Source: a virus (Duplodnaviria > Caudoviricetes). Taken from it: a stretch of DNA of 64,000 nucleotides. A model generated the notes under the pieces. That model saw nothing but the letters and a program-made list of their open reading frames with translations. It was not told where the DNA came from and did not search any database. The position numbers and the translations under genes were made by a program. Of the stretch, positions 1 to 8,929 are shown one piece after another; positions within the stretch are counted from its first letter, which is position 1; every line of letters starts with the position of its first letter. The DNA lies in IMG/VR virus record IMGVR_UViG_3300042256_000025; one strand, given 5' to 3'.

Positions 1-208
1 CGCAAAACCATTGTGCGTATACCCCCAACATATCGCCCTGCTCGACTGAACGCAGTAAAGGACGAACCACAACCACCCCGGCACTATGGTTCAGCCCCTC
101 CTCAAACAATACCCGCCCTTCGCAGACCGTGGTGGAGCATAACAGGTGACGTTTACGTACCTTTAGCCAGGCACCGTTTTCTTTATAACTATACTCTAAA
201 TAATCCAT
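1..208 (-). CDS. hypothetical protein, truncated by the left edge
   Basis: ATG at 208-206 after GAGGGG; frame reads MDYLEYSYKENGAWLKVRKRHLL... open to the edge; co-oriented with the next two genes; not in ORF track. Confidence 0.6.
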   Translation of the reverse strand, partial: MDYLEYSYKENGAWLKVRKRHLLCSTTVCEGRVLFEEGLNHSAGVVVVRPLLRSVEQGDMLGVYAQWFC

Positions 209-216
209 ACTGCCCC

Positions 217-648
217 TCAATGTCGTATCTGAATAAAACTTAATGCGCCCGTACTGCCCGCACGTCTCACTGTAAAGGCACTGCCTTTCCACGTAAAGGT
301 ATGGAGCGCCTCGTCACCTATAACGTGGGTAGGGCCACGTTCCCCCCGTGCAACCACTATAGTGCCTTCTTCCACACTGAAGACCATTAACTCCAAAACA
401 TGATCCTTAGTATAATGTCCAATGTAGAACCCTGCCATATCGTACGCCAGTGCCGGTAAACTCTTTAGGCTCACTATCCCTAGCGGAATACGTACGCTAT
501 AGTTTTCATCCCCCATTACACCTATAACCCGAAGATACCCACAGACCTCGTCCACGGCATCCTTCGCCTGCTCGATGCAGTACTCTAATCGCCCCAGAGG
601 CGTTTCTATCGCCTTTATCGTAACATCCATGCCTACACCCCTCTTCAT
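217..648 (-). CDS. hypothetical protein
   Basis: 143-aa ORF tightly packed in a minus-strand run. Confidence 0.7.
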   Translation of the reverse strand: MKRGVGMDVTIKAIETPLGRLEYCIEQAKDAVDEVCGYLRVIGVMGDENYSVRIPLGIVSLKSLPALAYDMAGFYIGHYTKDHVLELMVFSVEEGTIVVARGERGPTHVIGDEALHTFTWKGSAFTVRRAGSTGALSFIQIRH

Positions 649-660
649 TACCTTTATCCC

Positions 661-1287
661 TTAGACCGCCTCTGGAGTCGCCTCCGGTGCATTGACCCGC
701 AATGTATACCGATCCCCTAAACAACCGACCAAAAGATCGCGCGCTTCTTCGCCCTCAATGGTAAAGTCCACCTCAATCGAACCAATGTGCGTAATATCCG
801 AAACCACCCCTTCGTGTAACTCCCCTCGATTGGATATCAGGTAAATATCCGGTATAACCTCATCCTCACAGACTATCATTAGGTAGGTATCCAGTCCGGG
901 CTTACTAATATCTACGATCTGGGGTGGCGACTGGGATTCGATTGCAGTACTGGTAACCGACAGTGTGTAGTTATGCACTGCTGTATCTAGATCCACTTGT
1001 GTAATGCGTTGACCGTGACGTTTATCGTAGCTGTATATAGAGAACTGGCCACGGCTATACCAGTAGTGCATATAACGATCGTCCTCACACTCGACCAAGG
1101 GTACCTCTATAGGGGTCATGAAGATACGGCGCAGTGTACGTGTAAACCAGTTGCCCCCTATCATGGCTGGTTCGATTCGAAGTACAAATCGTTGGATTAA
1201 AGGATCTTTAGGTCCTTCTACTGTCTCAGAATAGATAATAGCTAGACCCTTCTCTGGAGTACCGATCTCTAAAATGACACTGCGCAT
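661..1287 (-). CDS. hypothetical protein
   Basis: 208-aa ORF, AAGGAA upstream. Confidence 0.75.
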   Translation of the reverse strand: MRSVILEIGTPEKGLAIIYSETVEGPKDPLIQRFVLRIEPAMIGGNWFTRTLRRIFMTPIEVPLVECEDDRYMHYWYSRGQFSIYSYDKRHGQRITQVDLDTAVHNYTLSVTSTAIESQSPPQIVDISKPGLDTYLMIVCEDEVIPDIYLISNRGELHEGVVSDITHIGSIEVDFTIEGEEARDLLVGCLGDRYTLRVNAPEATPEAV

Positions 1288-1289
1288 GG

Positions 1290-1920
1290 TTACATTTCCT
1301 TTATTAAAGACTCTATCTGATTCTTACCATGTACACTTTTTAACCAGAATATAGAGCATATACCCCAAACCCCAATGTTTACAGGGGTCTGGTTTCTTAA
1401 GTGCTTGATTTTAAAGGGATTTTCGAAAATCCAGAGTTGTAAGGCCCCTCTCCCCCTTCCGGTCGTCTCTCCTGGTTCGTGTCTCGCTTTCCAGCTCGCC
1501 CCTCCCAGGGCGAGCCTGGAAGTGGTAGAGGTCTTTTTTTCTCTCAAATTATTAGTAGAGTCTTGTGAATTTTCACAAGACTTGTAAAATAGTCAATAAA
1601 ATCAGAGGTAGGAGGAACGACTACCGATAACAGTAATTAGCCCTACACCCTTTTAGGGGGTGTAGGGTTTTACAGGTTTGAATAGAGGGTACTCTGTAGT
1701 AGAGTACACTGTAGAGTAAAGTTTATCAGATACAGGTAGCAATACATTAGCGAAGCGTTACACCTAACCCAGCATAAGCTAAATTGGCCTTACCGGCCTG
1801 AGGTCACAAAAATGGGTGGCGCTCGCGGCCCCGATTATTTTACTATAGTAAGAATGTACAATAAAAAAAAAATAGATACGATACTCTCCCTGATCTAGAT
1901 CAGGGAGAGTATCGGCTTAA
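1290..1920. other. palindrome-rich non-coding region, candidate origin or other cis-acting site
   Basis: Longest gene-free stretch outside introns; inverted repeats at 1417-1432, 1489-1521, 1559-1582, 1607-1625, 1641-1667, 1690-1706, 1879-1914. Confidence 0.45.
1861..1914 (-). terminator. intrinsic terminator
   Basis: Perfect 36-bp palindrome cgatactctccctgatct/agatcagggagagtatcg (1879-1914) followed on the minus strand by a T tract; just downstream of the ORF ending at 1923. Confidence 0.8.
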
Positions 1921-1922
1921 GT

Positions 1923-2411
1923 CTATGGGTTCGGTACAATAGGCGGCATGTCTAAGTCGGCTAAGGCGGTGTTGACCTTAGTCCACACCTCATGGTCAGG
2001 ATTCTGAACGGCCTGGTACTGTGTCTCCGATAACTCACCCACGTCCCGCATGTACCGTACAACGGTATTGATCTGCCTAGGGTCCTGAAGTACAGAGTGC
2101 CATTGTCGATACGTCGCATAATCCAAATACATTTGGTCGCGAACGCGATCCATCGACCCCGATTCCTCCTCTAAACCGCAGAGACATTTTAATTGGTGGA
2201 TCGCCAATCCAACGGCGACATGTGCCGTTAACTCAGAACGTACCTTGTATTTAGAAGTGATGGCCCTCACAGTATAGTTAAGTGACGAGTCGCGCCCATT
2301 AGCCAGTCGTATGACCCACCCCACCACCGTGTAACCGGCGCGAGTTGGCAATGTGATAAGCCAGGCGTTATGGTAACACAACTTGTGAATCAAGTAGCTA
2401 AAGTACTTCAT
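1923..2411 (-). CDS. hypothetical protein
   Basis: 162-aa ORF with GAGGA upstream. Confidence 0.7.
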   Translation of the reverse strand: MKYFSYLIHKLCYHNAWLITLPTRAGYTVVGWVIRLANGRDSSLNYTVRAITSKYKVRSELTAHVAVGLAIHQLKCLCGLEEESGSMDRVRDQMYLDYATYRQWHSVLQDPRQINTVVRYMRDVGELSETQYQAVQNPDHEVWTKVNTALADLDMPPIVPNP

Positions 2412-2514
2412 GCTGCAATGTCCTCATTATTCCGATCAGCGTATTTAACGATCTCAGTAGTCATAGTGCCTTCCATACGGTATAACCCCCTGACCCTAAG
2501 GGTCAGGGGTGCTA

Positions 2515-3288
2515 TTAGCGTTCTTCAAACCACTCTTTAAGGGTCAGCTCACCACCGTACAAATTGTTTTGGTAACGGTAGTCCTGATACTGTTTCTTGT
2601 GGTAAAGGTAGTCCTCCAACAGGATCTCAGTCCAACGTTCGCAGTCGTACTCATTCAGGATATCCTGAGGCTCCATGAAGCCAATGAACACCAGTTCCTC
2701 TTCAGCGGTTGTCCACTCCTCAGTCGTTACTGAGATAAGGATAGGGCATCCCAGGTGCACGGCTTCTACACCACCTTCAGCTGCAATCTTGCAGTGCATG
2801 TGAATGGATTTGTCCTTAAAATCCAACACTGATGCAATCTGAGTATCCCAACCAACGGCTGTCTTCTGATATTGGCCGAACGCACCCTCTACAACTTCAC
2901 CTGTGCCAATTTCTGCTGTTGGCACCAGCTCCTCAAGCAACTCACGCATAATGGCCTGATGGTAGGTGGTGTCCCAGTATAGCCGCTCAGGACGACCATT
3001 ACTCCAGGCCAAATCGGACATATCAATGTGGCCACCCAGGCCCACCGAGTGTTTACCCAGTAAACGGTTCTCACCAATACCTTTGGTGCGCTGGTAACAG
3101 AACAGTTTACCATTACATTCTACCAGTACGTAGGGGAGGACCTGTCGGTAGTTAGGATTAACCTCTAGCCCGGCCCGCTGCCCGATAAAAATATCACCTC
3201 CTTCTACAGTAAAGGGAACCAGGTTACTATTGTCCGCCTTAGGGACAATGTTAGCTGGTACTGCGAAAATATGTTCTTGATGTTTCAT
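2515..3288 (-). CDS. NUDIX-family phosphoesterase (COG4112-like)
   Basis: RQVLPYVLV...YQRTKGIGENRLLGKHSVGLGGHID...RELLEEL, typical of this NUDIX subfamily. Confidence 0.75.
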   Translation of the reverse strand: MKHQEHIFAVPANIVPKADNSNLVPFTVEGGDIFIGQRAGLEVNPNYRQVLPYVLVECNGKLFCYQRTKGIGENRLLGKHSVGLGGHIDMSDLAWSNGRPERLYWDTTYHQAIMRELLEELVPTAEIGTGEVVEGAFGQYQKTAVGWDTQIASVLDFKDKSIHMHCKIAAEGGVEAVHLGCPILISVTTEEWTTAEEELVFIGFMEPQDILNEYDCERWTEILLEDYLYHKKQYQDYRYQNNLYGGELTLKEWFEER

Positions 3289-3782
3289 GTATTACTCCTT
3301 CGGTTAGCTAGATCTTCACAATTGACCCAGGCATCCACAGCGTCTCTATTGTAATCAACCCAATGTTGACGTATATCCCCGCTACTCAATAGCCATTTCA
3401 AAATGATGGGTCGCATCAGCATAGGGTCTGCACACGCCCTACTGTTAGATAACTCCTCTAGAAAGGGAATCGTGATTGTGGTGCGAAACTCCACATCATC
3501 TACATACCCGTCAGCGCACCGCACCAGGTCCATCACGATGAGGAAGTTATTCTCAATGCTTCTTCCAGTGATTTTGCGCAAGGCTTCCGTGTTGCTCACA
3601 ATGAGCATTGCGTCGGGGGTTGTGGGTAAAACGGGAGGTATTATTTTATTTACATGGTATTTCACTACTGCGTCCTTACCCTGTGTCCACAAAATCCATT
3701 TACATATTAAGTCCTCTTTAGCTTTATAGAGCATTACTGTTATTCGGCCAACTATTGTCGCTAAATTCATGACTAGATCCAA
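3285..3782 (-). CDS. hypothetical protein
   Basis: 165-aa ORF, ATGA overlap with the NUDIX gene. Confidence 0.7.
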   Translation of the reverse strand: MDLVMNLATIVGRITVMLYKAKEDLICKWILWTQGKDAVVKYHVNKIIPPVLPTTPDAMLIVSNTEALRKITGRSIENNFLIVMDLVRCADGYVDDVEFRTTITIPFLEELSNSRACADPMLMRPIILKWLLSSGDIRQHWVDYNRDAVDAWVNCEDLANRRSNT

Positions 3783-3825
3783 ACTATGTTATTTGTCGAT
3801 TATACGCATGGTCGACTTGACACTG

Positions 3826-4425
3826 TCATACTGGTATGCGGTCGCTAATAGTCTTGATGATTTTATCTCTTGCCTTTTTAGTCAGTTTATAGTGACGCTT
3901 TATATGGCCGGTTTCCATGGTCCAGGCGTCTACAGGTGGGCCGCTAGAATCTGGATCCACCGAACACACCGCGAACACCGACGCAACGGCGTCCAAGTCA
4001 TCAGGCAGCCGCAGCATTCTAAACACATGTGTCCCACTACCCATGGTCAAAGTCGAATGATGACTATATTTTTTACACTCCATACGCTCGGCCCATGACA
4101 GTCTATAGACTCTTTTATTAGTCACAAAAATGCCACCAAAGGAGGGCCGTTCGAATGTGTTGGCAATAAGTGCACTAATCGATTTAGATACATCGTAGCC
4201 GTTATGAGCTTTATCGAAAATTGTTGACGCAAACCTATCAATGCCACCACAGTGACCTGCAAACCCGGCAGCCAGTACAAATTCTTCAGCTTCACTGTTC
4301 CATGGAACGTTTTGCTGATTGAAAATATGCAGTTTGCAGACGGTCAGGTTTGGCCACTTACGGCTGATGCTTGTCCTTAGAGAGTCTGCGGCCAATACGC
4401 CGTCCTTCCAAATAATCGTGGTCAT
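3826..4425 (-). CDS. Ntn-hydrolase, HslV/proteasome-beta-like protein
   Basis: N-terminus M-T-T-I-I-W-K-D-G-V-L-A-A-D-S plus internal GSG motif. Confidence 0.65.
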   Translation of the reverse strand: MTTIIWKDGVLAADSLRTSISRKWPNLTVCKLHIFNQQNVPWNSEAEEFVLAAGFAGHCGGIDRFASTIFDKAHNGYDVSKSISALIANTFERPSFGGIFVTNKRVYRLSWAERMECKKYSHHSTLTMGSGTHVFRMLRLPDDLDAVASVFAVCSVDPDSSGPPVDAWTMETGHIKRHYKLTKKARDKIIKTISDRIPV

Positions 4426-4491
4426 ATATAGCCCTATGTATAATTAAGTCCATAGCCGACCCCTATATCCGTTCTAGGATATATGGGTCGG

Positions 4492-5019
4492 TTAAATGAA
4501 TGGGTATTGCGTTATTTGTTGCAAGTCCAGTATTACAGTATGGCGACCAAGTGGCTCAGCGTTTATATCCAGGTCGCGATATACGTTAACCTCCAGACGC
4601 AGTGAGCTCTCATGCCGCTCAACATCCACGATGGTCACTACCATTGCGTCTTCCGGTAGAATGGCACTTCTGGGTAAACGCCATGACCCCTCTGCATCCT
4701 CTTGGGGGTAAGTGACTGTTTTAAAAAGCTGCGAGGTGTAGAGTTCGACGACATGGCGTGCGGTTGGAATGCGTGGATATGGCATGTCGCACATATACAG
4801 TGTCTCCTCAGGGGACCCTGTGTTCAATATGTCACAACTACTACCCTTGCCCTCACTGTAAAATTCACTCAGGAATGTCCAGTTTTTGAGGCTGTATTTA
4901 CACTGTAGCTCGGCACCCAGGGCCTTTAGCAGAAAAGATTTGCCTGAGTTTGACTGGCCGGCAACAACGACGCGGTTGCCCAGTTGATCAATCAGTTCTT
5001 TAGGAATTGAGCTAGTCAT
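4492..5019 (-). CDS. P-loop-containing protein
   Basis: Walker A VVVAGQSNSGKS near the N-terminus. Confidence 0.55.
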   Translation of the reverse strand: MTSSIPKELIDQLGNRVVVAGQSNSGKSFLLKALGAELQCKYSLKNWTFLSEFYSEGKGSSCDILNTGSPEETLYMCDMPYPRIPTARHVVELYTSQLFKTVTYPQEDAEGSWRLPRSAILPEDAMVVTIVDVERHESSLRLEVNVYRDLDINAEPLGRHTVILDLQQITQYPFI

Positions 5020-5033
5020 TGTCTTTTTCCTTT

Positions 5034-5423
5034 TTAGTAAGGGAGGCCGTGTTTAACGGCAGATAATTTAACGATCATGGCTAACAGTGCCAGCTCAACA
5101 TCTTTCTCATCGGCATCGTCGCATCCATAATAAAGAACGTGGTTATTTATAGCGAGTGGCACGATGACGTGGAAGCGATTCATCTGGTCGTCCGGCGCGG
5201 CCATTGCATTCCAATTGTGAGTAAAGGCAAATTTGCAAGTACCCTCTTTAAGGTATAGTGTATCTTCTACGCTGCTGCCCATGTAGGCTACGCCGTAGTG
5301 CACGGCATCTGGCTTATCCAGAACACCTGCCTTCGAAAACCAGTCGATCAGCCCGTCTACGGTACCGTCGCTAAGTTTCCCTACGTGTGCATGAAAACTT
5401 TTTACTGCATTAGATAAACTCAT
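5034..5423 (-). CDS. hypothetical protein
   Basis: ORF 5034..5474; start moved to ATG 5423 behind AAGGAG. Confidence 0.65.
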   Translation of the reverse strand: MSLSNAVKSFHAHVGKLSDGTVDGLIDWFSKAGVLDKPDAVHYGVAYMGSSVEDTLYLKEGTCKFAFTHNWNAMAAPDDQMNRFHVIVPLAINNHVLYYGCDDADEKDVELALLAMIVKLSAVKHGLPY

Positions 5424-5484
5424 GACATATCTCCTTATGGATTTGTGGACATTGCGTCCCTCTTTGATGTACATACTAACCCCC

Positions 5485-5601
5485 TTATAATGGAAGGCGA
5501 TCTACGGCATCTGCCAGGCCGTACATTGCAATTATAAAGAGTAAGACAAACAGTGCCTTGACAAATTCCGGGACACGTGAAACGAGTCGTTTAACGTTCA
5601 T
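5485..5601 (-). CDS. 38-aa single-pass membrane mini-protein
   Basis: MNVKRLVSRVPEFVKALFVLLFIIAMYGLADAVDRLPL; AAAGGAGAG upstream; below ORF-track cut-off. Confidence 0.55.
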   Translation of the reverse strand: MNVKRLVSRVPEFVKALFVLLFIIAMYGLADAVDRLPL

Positions 5602-5734
5602 TCGTCTCTCCTTTAACAATCCTGCGCTGCATGCGCTTTAAACGAAAGCACAGGTCGGAATGTGACCCCTGTGCCATTAACACCTCACGCGCTTCCCGCA
5701 GGAGGGCGATCAGTTCTTTTTGGTCCTTCGGCAT
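5591..5734 (-). CDS. 47-aa hypothetical protein
   Basis: MPKDQKELIALLREAREVLMAQGSHSDLCFRLKRMQRRIVKGETNER; GAGG upstream; overlaps both neighbours. Confidence 0.5.
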   Translation of the reverse strand: MPKDQKELIALLREAREVLMAQGSHSDLCFRLKRMQRRIVKGETNER

Positions 5735-5913
5735 TTTGCAGCCTCCTCTAAATTGTCTAACCACCAGTCATAGCGCAGCTGTAGCAAATCCATCTCATGC
5801 TGTACCATTGAGGTGACGTCACCACCTAAATAAATAACTCTGTCACCGTCCACTCCACAATGTAAGCGGTGGAGGTCTTCTTTTAACGTGACAGGTAGAT
5901 CTACGTTACGCAC
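5710..5913 (-). CDS. hypothetical protein
   Basis: 67-aa ORF, GTG start behind AAGGAG. Confidence 0.6.
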   Translation of the reverse strand: MRNVDLPVTLKEDLHRLHCGVDGDRVIYLGGDVTSMVQHEMDLLQLRYDWWLDNLEEAAKCRRTKKN

Positions 5914-5941
5914 ACCCTATCTCCTTAATCTATATCCTATG

Positions 5942-6064
5942 TTACTCCATTAGTGACCTGCTGACCGTATAGTCATTACGGTAAGCTCCTTGATCCGTCC
6001 GCCCCCGGCCAAGGGGCGGACCCCTATGCCCTTCGCGATACCCTATGTAAGTGTCTTGCATCAT
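5942..6064 (-). CDS. 40-aa leader peptide with RGPP motif
   Basis: AAAAGGAG then MMQDTYIGYREGHRGPPLGRGRTDQGAYRNDYTVSRSLME-stop; first ORF with a strong RBS after the promoter at 6171-6180. Confidence 0.5.
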   Translation of the reverse strand: MMQDTYIGYREGHRGPPLGRGRTDQGAYRNDYTVSRSLME

Positions 6065-6170
6065 TTACATCTCCTTTTCGTTTGGAGGACATGTCGTTGA
6101 GATGTCCTCTCTTTTTATATACCTCACTGGCGTCCGTTAGGGACGCGCTTTATGCCGTCTATACGTATCG

Positions 6171-6180
6171 GTAATATAGG
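6171..6180 (-). promoter_or_regulatory. phiKZ-type early promoter CCTATATTAC
   Basis: Contains the TATATTAC early consensus known from phiKZ; intergenic; same 10-mer at 21135, 50481, 57192. Confidence 0.7.
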
Positions 6181-6249
6181 TTTACGTTAATATTCAAAAG
6201 CAGTTACTTAGGCCGATGCTATAGATCCCTTTACGTACCAAGGTAGACT

Positions 6250-8037
6250 ATGAACACATTACTTATGCAAAATGACGCTGTCGCCCAGGCGAAGTCTACA
6301 CTGTCTAGGCTCCACGCGGCAGTAGGTCGTACCAGTACCCTATCCCTCAGTGGCGCGTTAGTACCACGCGTGGTACTGGCAAAACTGGTATCCCGACTCA
6401 AAGGGTTAAAGCTTTTACCCTGCCCTGAACTCGAAACCCATTTGGTCGCCATCGGCAATGGCATCGATAAAGAAGCCCTTTATACCGTACCCTATACTGG
6501 TACCCGTGTTACAGTAGAGCTCTATGGCGTACTGGAAATCAGTGAGCGCATTGAGGGCCTACTGGCTAATAAAATGTCCGCTACCGATAACCGATGGTAT
6601 TTGCCCATTGGCCGACTCCACCCGCTATCCGTTGAGGTGTGGATCTACACAGGCGACGAGAACCGTGTACACGTAGAGTACGTAGACGGGGATACACGTA
6701 CGCCGTTTAATGGGACTTTAGGTGACTGGTGTAAGACCATTTCACCGGCACCACCCACGACATCCAGTGTACTGCCGGTTCACCCGACTCCTTTACCTGC
6801 GATGGAAGCACGGGGTGAGTCCACCTATGTGAACATAAAAGCGGTGTACGATGACTACTGTAAGTCGGCAACCTTCGACCGACGATGGAGTAAGCTTACC
6901 CTAACGATGGTTCGGGCCTTTGAAGGTCGTGATGAAGAGCACATTAATTTCCTAGGGGGGAATCTGGTAGGCGTATATCGGTTACACTGGCGTGCCGATG
7001 ATGCATCAGAGTGGTACGAGCGACTGCGTATCGATGACGTCCGGAGTCTGAAGCAGGATTTCCATGACCTTCCGACCATTAACCCTGACTTCCATGTCGT
7101 GGGGAACCCGATAAACGCAAGTTTCTTATATGCAGTGCACCGGGTACTGACCGGCGATCTACCTGAACGCGAGCGTACAGAGGTTGCCGTAGCAATCCTT
7201 GCACACATGCATTACCAGTTCCTGTCCTCCCTACTGTACCACCAATTCCCGTACCGGGCACAAGAGGCGATTGCACTGGCACTGTATGACTCTTTGAGTC
7301 GTAAATCTATGCTGAAGCAGTACCATACCTGGGGTAACCTTGTACGGGCGCGGTCGGAAGACATTATCAGTAAGGGTAGCATTCATTACCAGACCCTAAT
7401 TGACTTTTCAGATGACGAGAAGATCATTTACGCCATCAGTGACATCCAGTCTCGTATCCGTGAGGTCGTTAAGAAGTTAAAGTCTGAGTACATGCGTTTA
7501 CGGGATCAGGATGCTCGTGTCATGTCACAAGGCACTACCTTAGTGACCCGAGAGGGTGAAACGGTGTTGCGGGAGTTTGAGAATAAAGCCGCAGGGCTGC
7601 AACGTGCGCTTAAGGACATCATACGCGACCCCCAGGACCTTATTCGCAATGAGGTGCTAGAGAGTACCTTGAAGATGGTCACTACCGCAGATGAACGGTA
7701 TCTGCGCACCGCACTCCTTTATCTATCCGACGCGATGGGTAACAAGGAACGGGCCTCCGTTGAGGCCTTGGTCGATGCGTTAGTAATCTTTATCCAGGGG
7801 TATTTACGTCGTGCACCGGCTAGTGAACGTACCCTTATTCATGTGGTCATGAAAGTACGTAACCTGATGCGCTCCTCACAGCTTGCCGCCTCGGACGCCA
7901 TTGCCTTACGTAGCCTAACAGCCGATCTTATAGAAAAGGCATTGGAAAAACGTAACACTACGGTGCAGGCCTCTACCCGCATTGCAGTCTTAGTGTACCT
8001 AACCATTCGCCTACTTACCCTTAATCATTTCAAATAA
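6250..8037 (+). CDS. conserved phiKZ-like virion structural protein (gp32-like)
   Basis: HINFLGGNLVGVYRL...PTINPDFHVVGNPIN...LYDSLSRKSMLKQYHTW block recalled from phiKZ-like phages; about 190-aa N-terminal extension. Confidence 0.6.
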   Translation: MNTLLMQNDAVAQAKSTLSRLHAAVGRTSTLSLSGALVPRVVLAKLVSRLKGLKLLPCPELETHLVAIGNGIDKEALYTVPYTGTRVTVELYGVLEISERIEGLLANKMSATDNRWYLPIGRLHPLSVEVWIYTGDENRVHVEYVDGDTRTPFNGTLGDWCKTISPAPPTTSSVLPVHPTPLPAMEARGESTYVNIKAVYDDYCKSATFDRRWSKLTLTMVRAFEGRDEEHINFLGGNLVGVYRLHWRADDASEWYERLRIDDVRSLKQDFHDLPTINPDFHVVGNPINASFLYAVHRVLTGDLPERERTEVAVAILAHMHYQFLSSLLYHQFPYRAQEAIALALYDSLSRKSMLKQYHTWGNLVRARSEDIISKGSIHYQTLIDFSDDEKIIYAISDIQSRIREVVKKLKSEYMRLRDQDARVMSQGTTLVTREGETVLREFENKAAGLQRALKDIIRDPQDLIRNEVLESTLKMVTTADERYLRTALLYLSDAMGNKERASVEALVDALVIFIQGYLRRAPASERTLIHVVMKVRNLMRSSQLAASDAIALRSLTADLIEKALEKRNTTVQASTRIAVLVYLTIRLLTLNHFK

Positions 8038-8048
8038 GAGTATCCCTC

Positions 8049-8420
8049 ATGAGTTGTTTACCGGATAAATGTCTCTGTAATAAGACCTCCCTTACGGCAC
8101 TGCTGGATCCCGGCAAGATCGACAGTGAAAACTTCGCCTATACCCTGACCTGTGCCTTAACTGACTTCAATAACACCATCATGGAAGTGAAGCCGCTACC
8201 CCAGTCGGTGAATGAGGCGAATCTTCATACCACAATTGTAGAGCTGTTGAAACCCACGCTGAATGCCCATAACTGGGACATCAGTGTGGAAGTGGCAGGC
8301 CCGTATAGCTGGGCTGTAACCACTTGGCCTCTTCAGGCCGTTACGGAGGAAGGGTGCCTGTGCCAGCTTTCGTGGGACGTTAACCTTATCTGCATCAAAC
8401 GGGTGAAGAAAAATACATGA
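8049..8420 (+). CDS. hypothetical protein
   Basis: 123-aa ORF, ATGA overlap with the next gene. Confidence 0.65.
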   Translation: MSCLPDKCLCNKTSLTALLDPGKIDSENFAYTLTCALTDFNNTIMEVKPLPQSVNEANLHTTIVELLKPTLNAHNWDISVEVAGPYSWAVTTWPLQAVTEEGCLCQLSWDVNLICIKRVKKNT

Positions 8421-8887
8421 TCTCGACTAAATGGACAGAGCGATTTGTGGAGCTAAGTCGTCACGTCGCTACCTGGTCAAAGGACCCCTCAACGCAGGTA
8501 GGCGCACTGTTAGTGAACATGGATAAGAATGTACTGGCGTTGGGGTATAATGGATTCCCACGGGGGATGGATGATACTCCAGCCCTCTACCATGACCGAC
8601 CCTTTAAATACAAACACATCTTGCATGCAGAAACGAATGCCTGTTTAAATGCACTTTCCAGTGGCAGTCGGGTAGAGGAAAGTATCCTGTTTGTAACCCA
8701 CCCGCCGTGTACCCATTGTACAGGGGTAATCAAACAGGCCGGTGTCGTTGCCTGCATATTTCCAATGCCCGATGATGACTTCCTCAGTCGCTGGCCGTTA
8801 GACGACACGATTGATCACTTCAAGCGCGTGAAGTTAGGGCTGGCAATGTGGGATGGCGATAACTTGGTATGGCTACACAACGTATAA
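8417..8887 (+). CDS. dCMP deaminase
   Basis: WSKDPSTQVGA, GYNGFPRG, HAE and PCxxC zinc motifs. Confidence 0.93.
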   Translation: MISTKWTERFVELSRHVATWSKDPSTQVGALLVNMDKNVLALGYNGFPRGMDDTPALYHDRPFKYKHILHAETNACLNALSSGSRVEESILFVTHPPCTHCTGVIKQAGVVACIFPMPDDDFLSRWPLDDTIDHFKRVKLGLAMWDGDNLVWLHNV

Positions 8888-8891
8888 CACG

Positions 8892-8925
8892 AATACTCCA
8901 CTCCCCACACGGGGAGTGGAGTATT
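8892..8925. terminator. bidirectional terminator hairpin
   Basis: 15-bp stem aatactccactcccc/ggggagtggagtatt between convergent genes. Confidence 0.75.
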
Positions 8926-8929
8926 ACTA

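Noticed and set aside
1290-1587. 85-aa and 70-aa ORFs in the palindrome-rich region
   Set aside because: Non-ATG starts, no RBS, and they run through hairpins.
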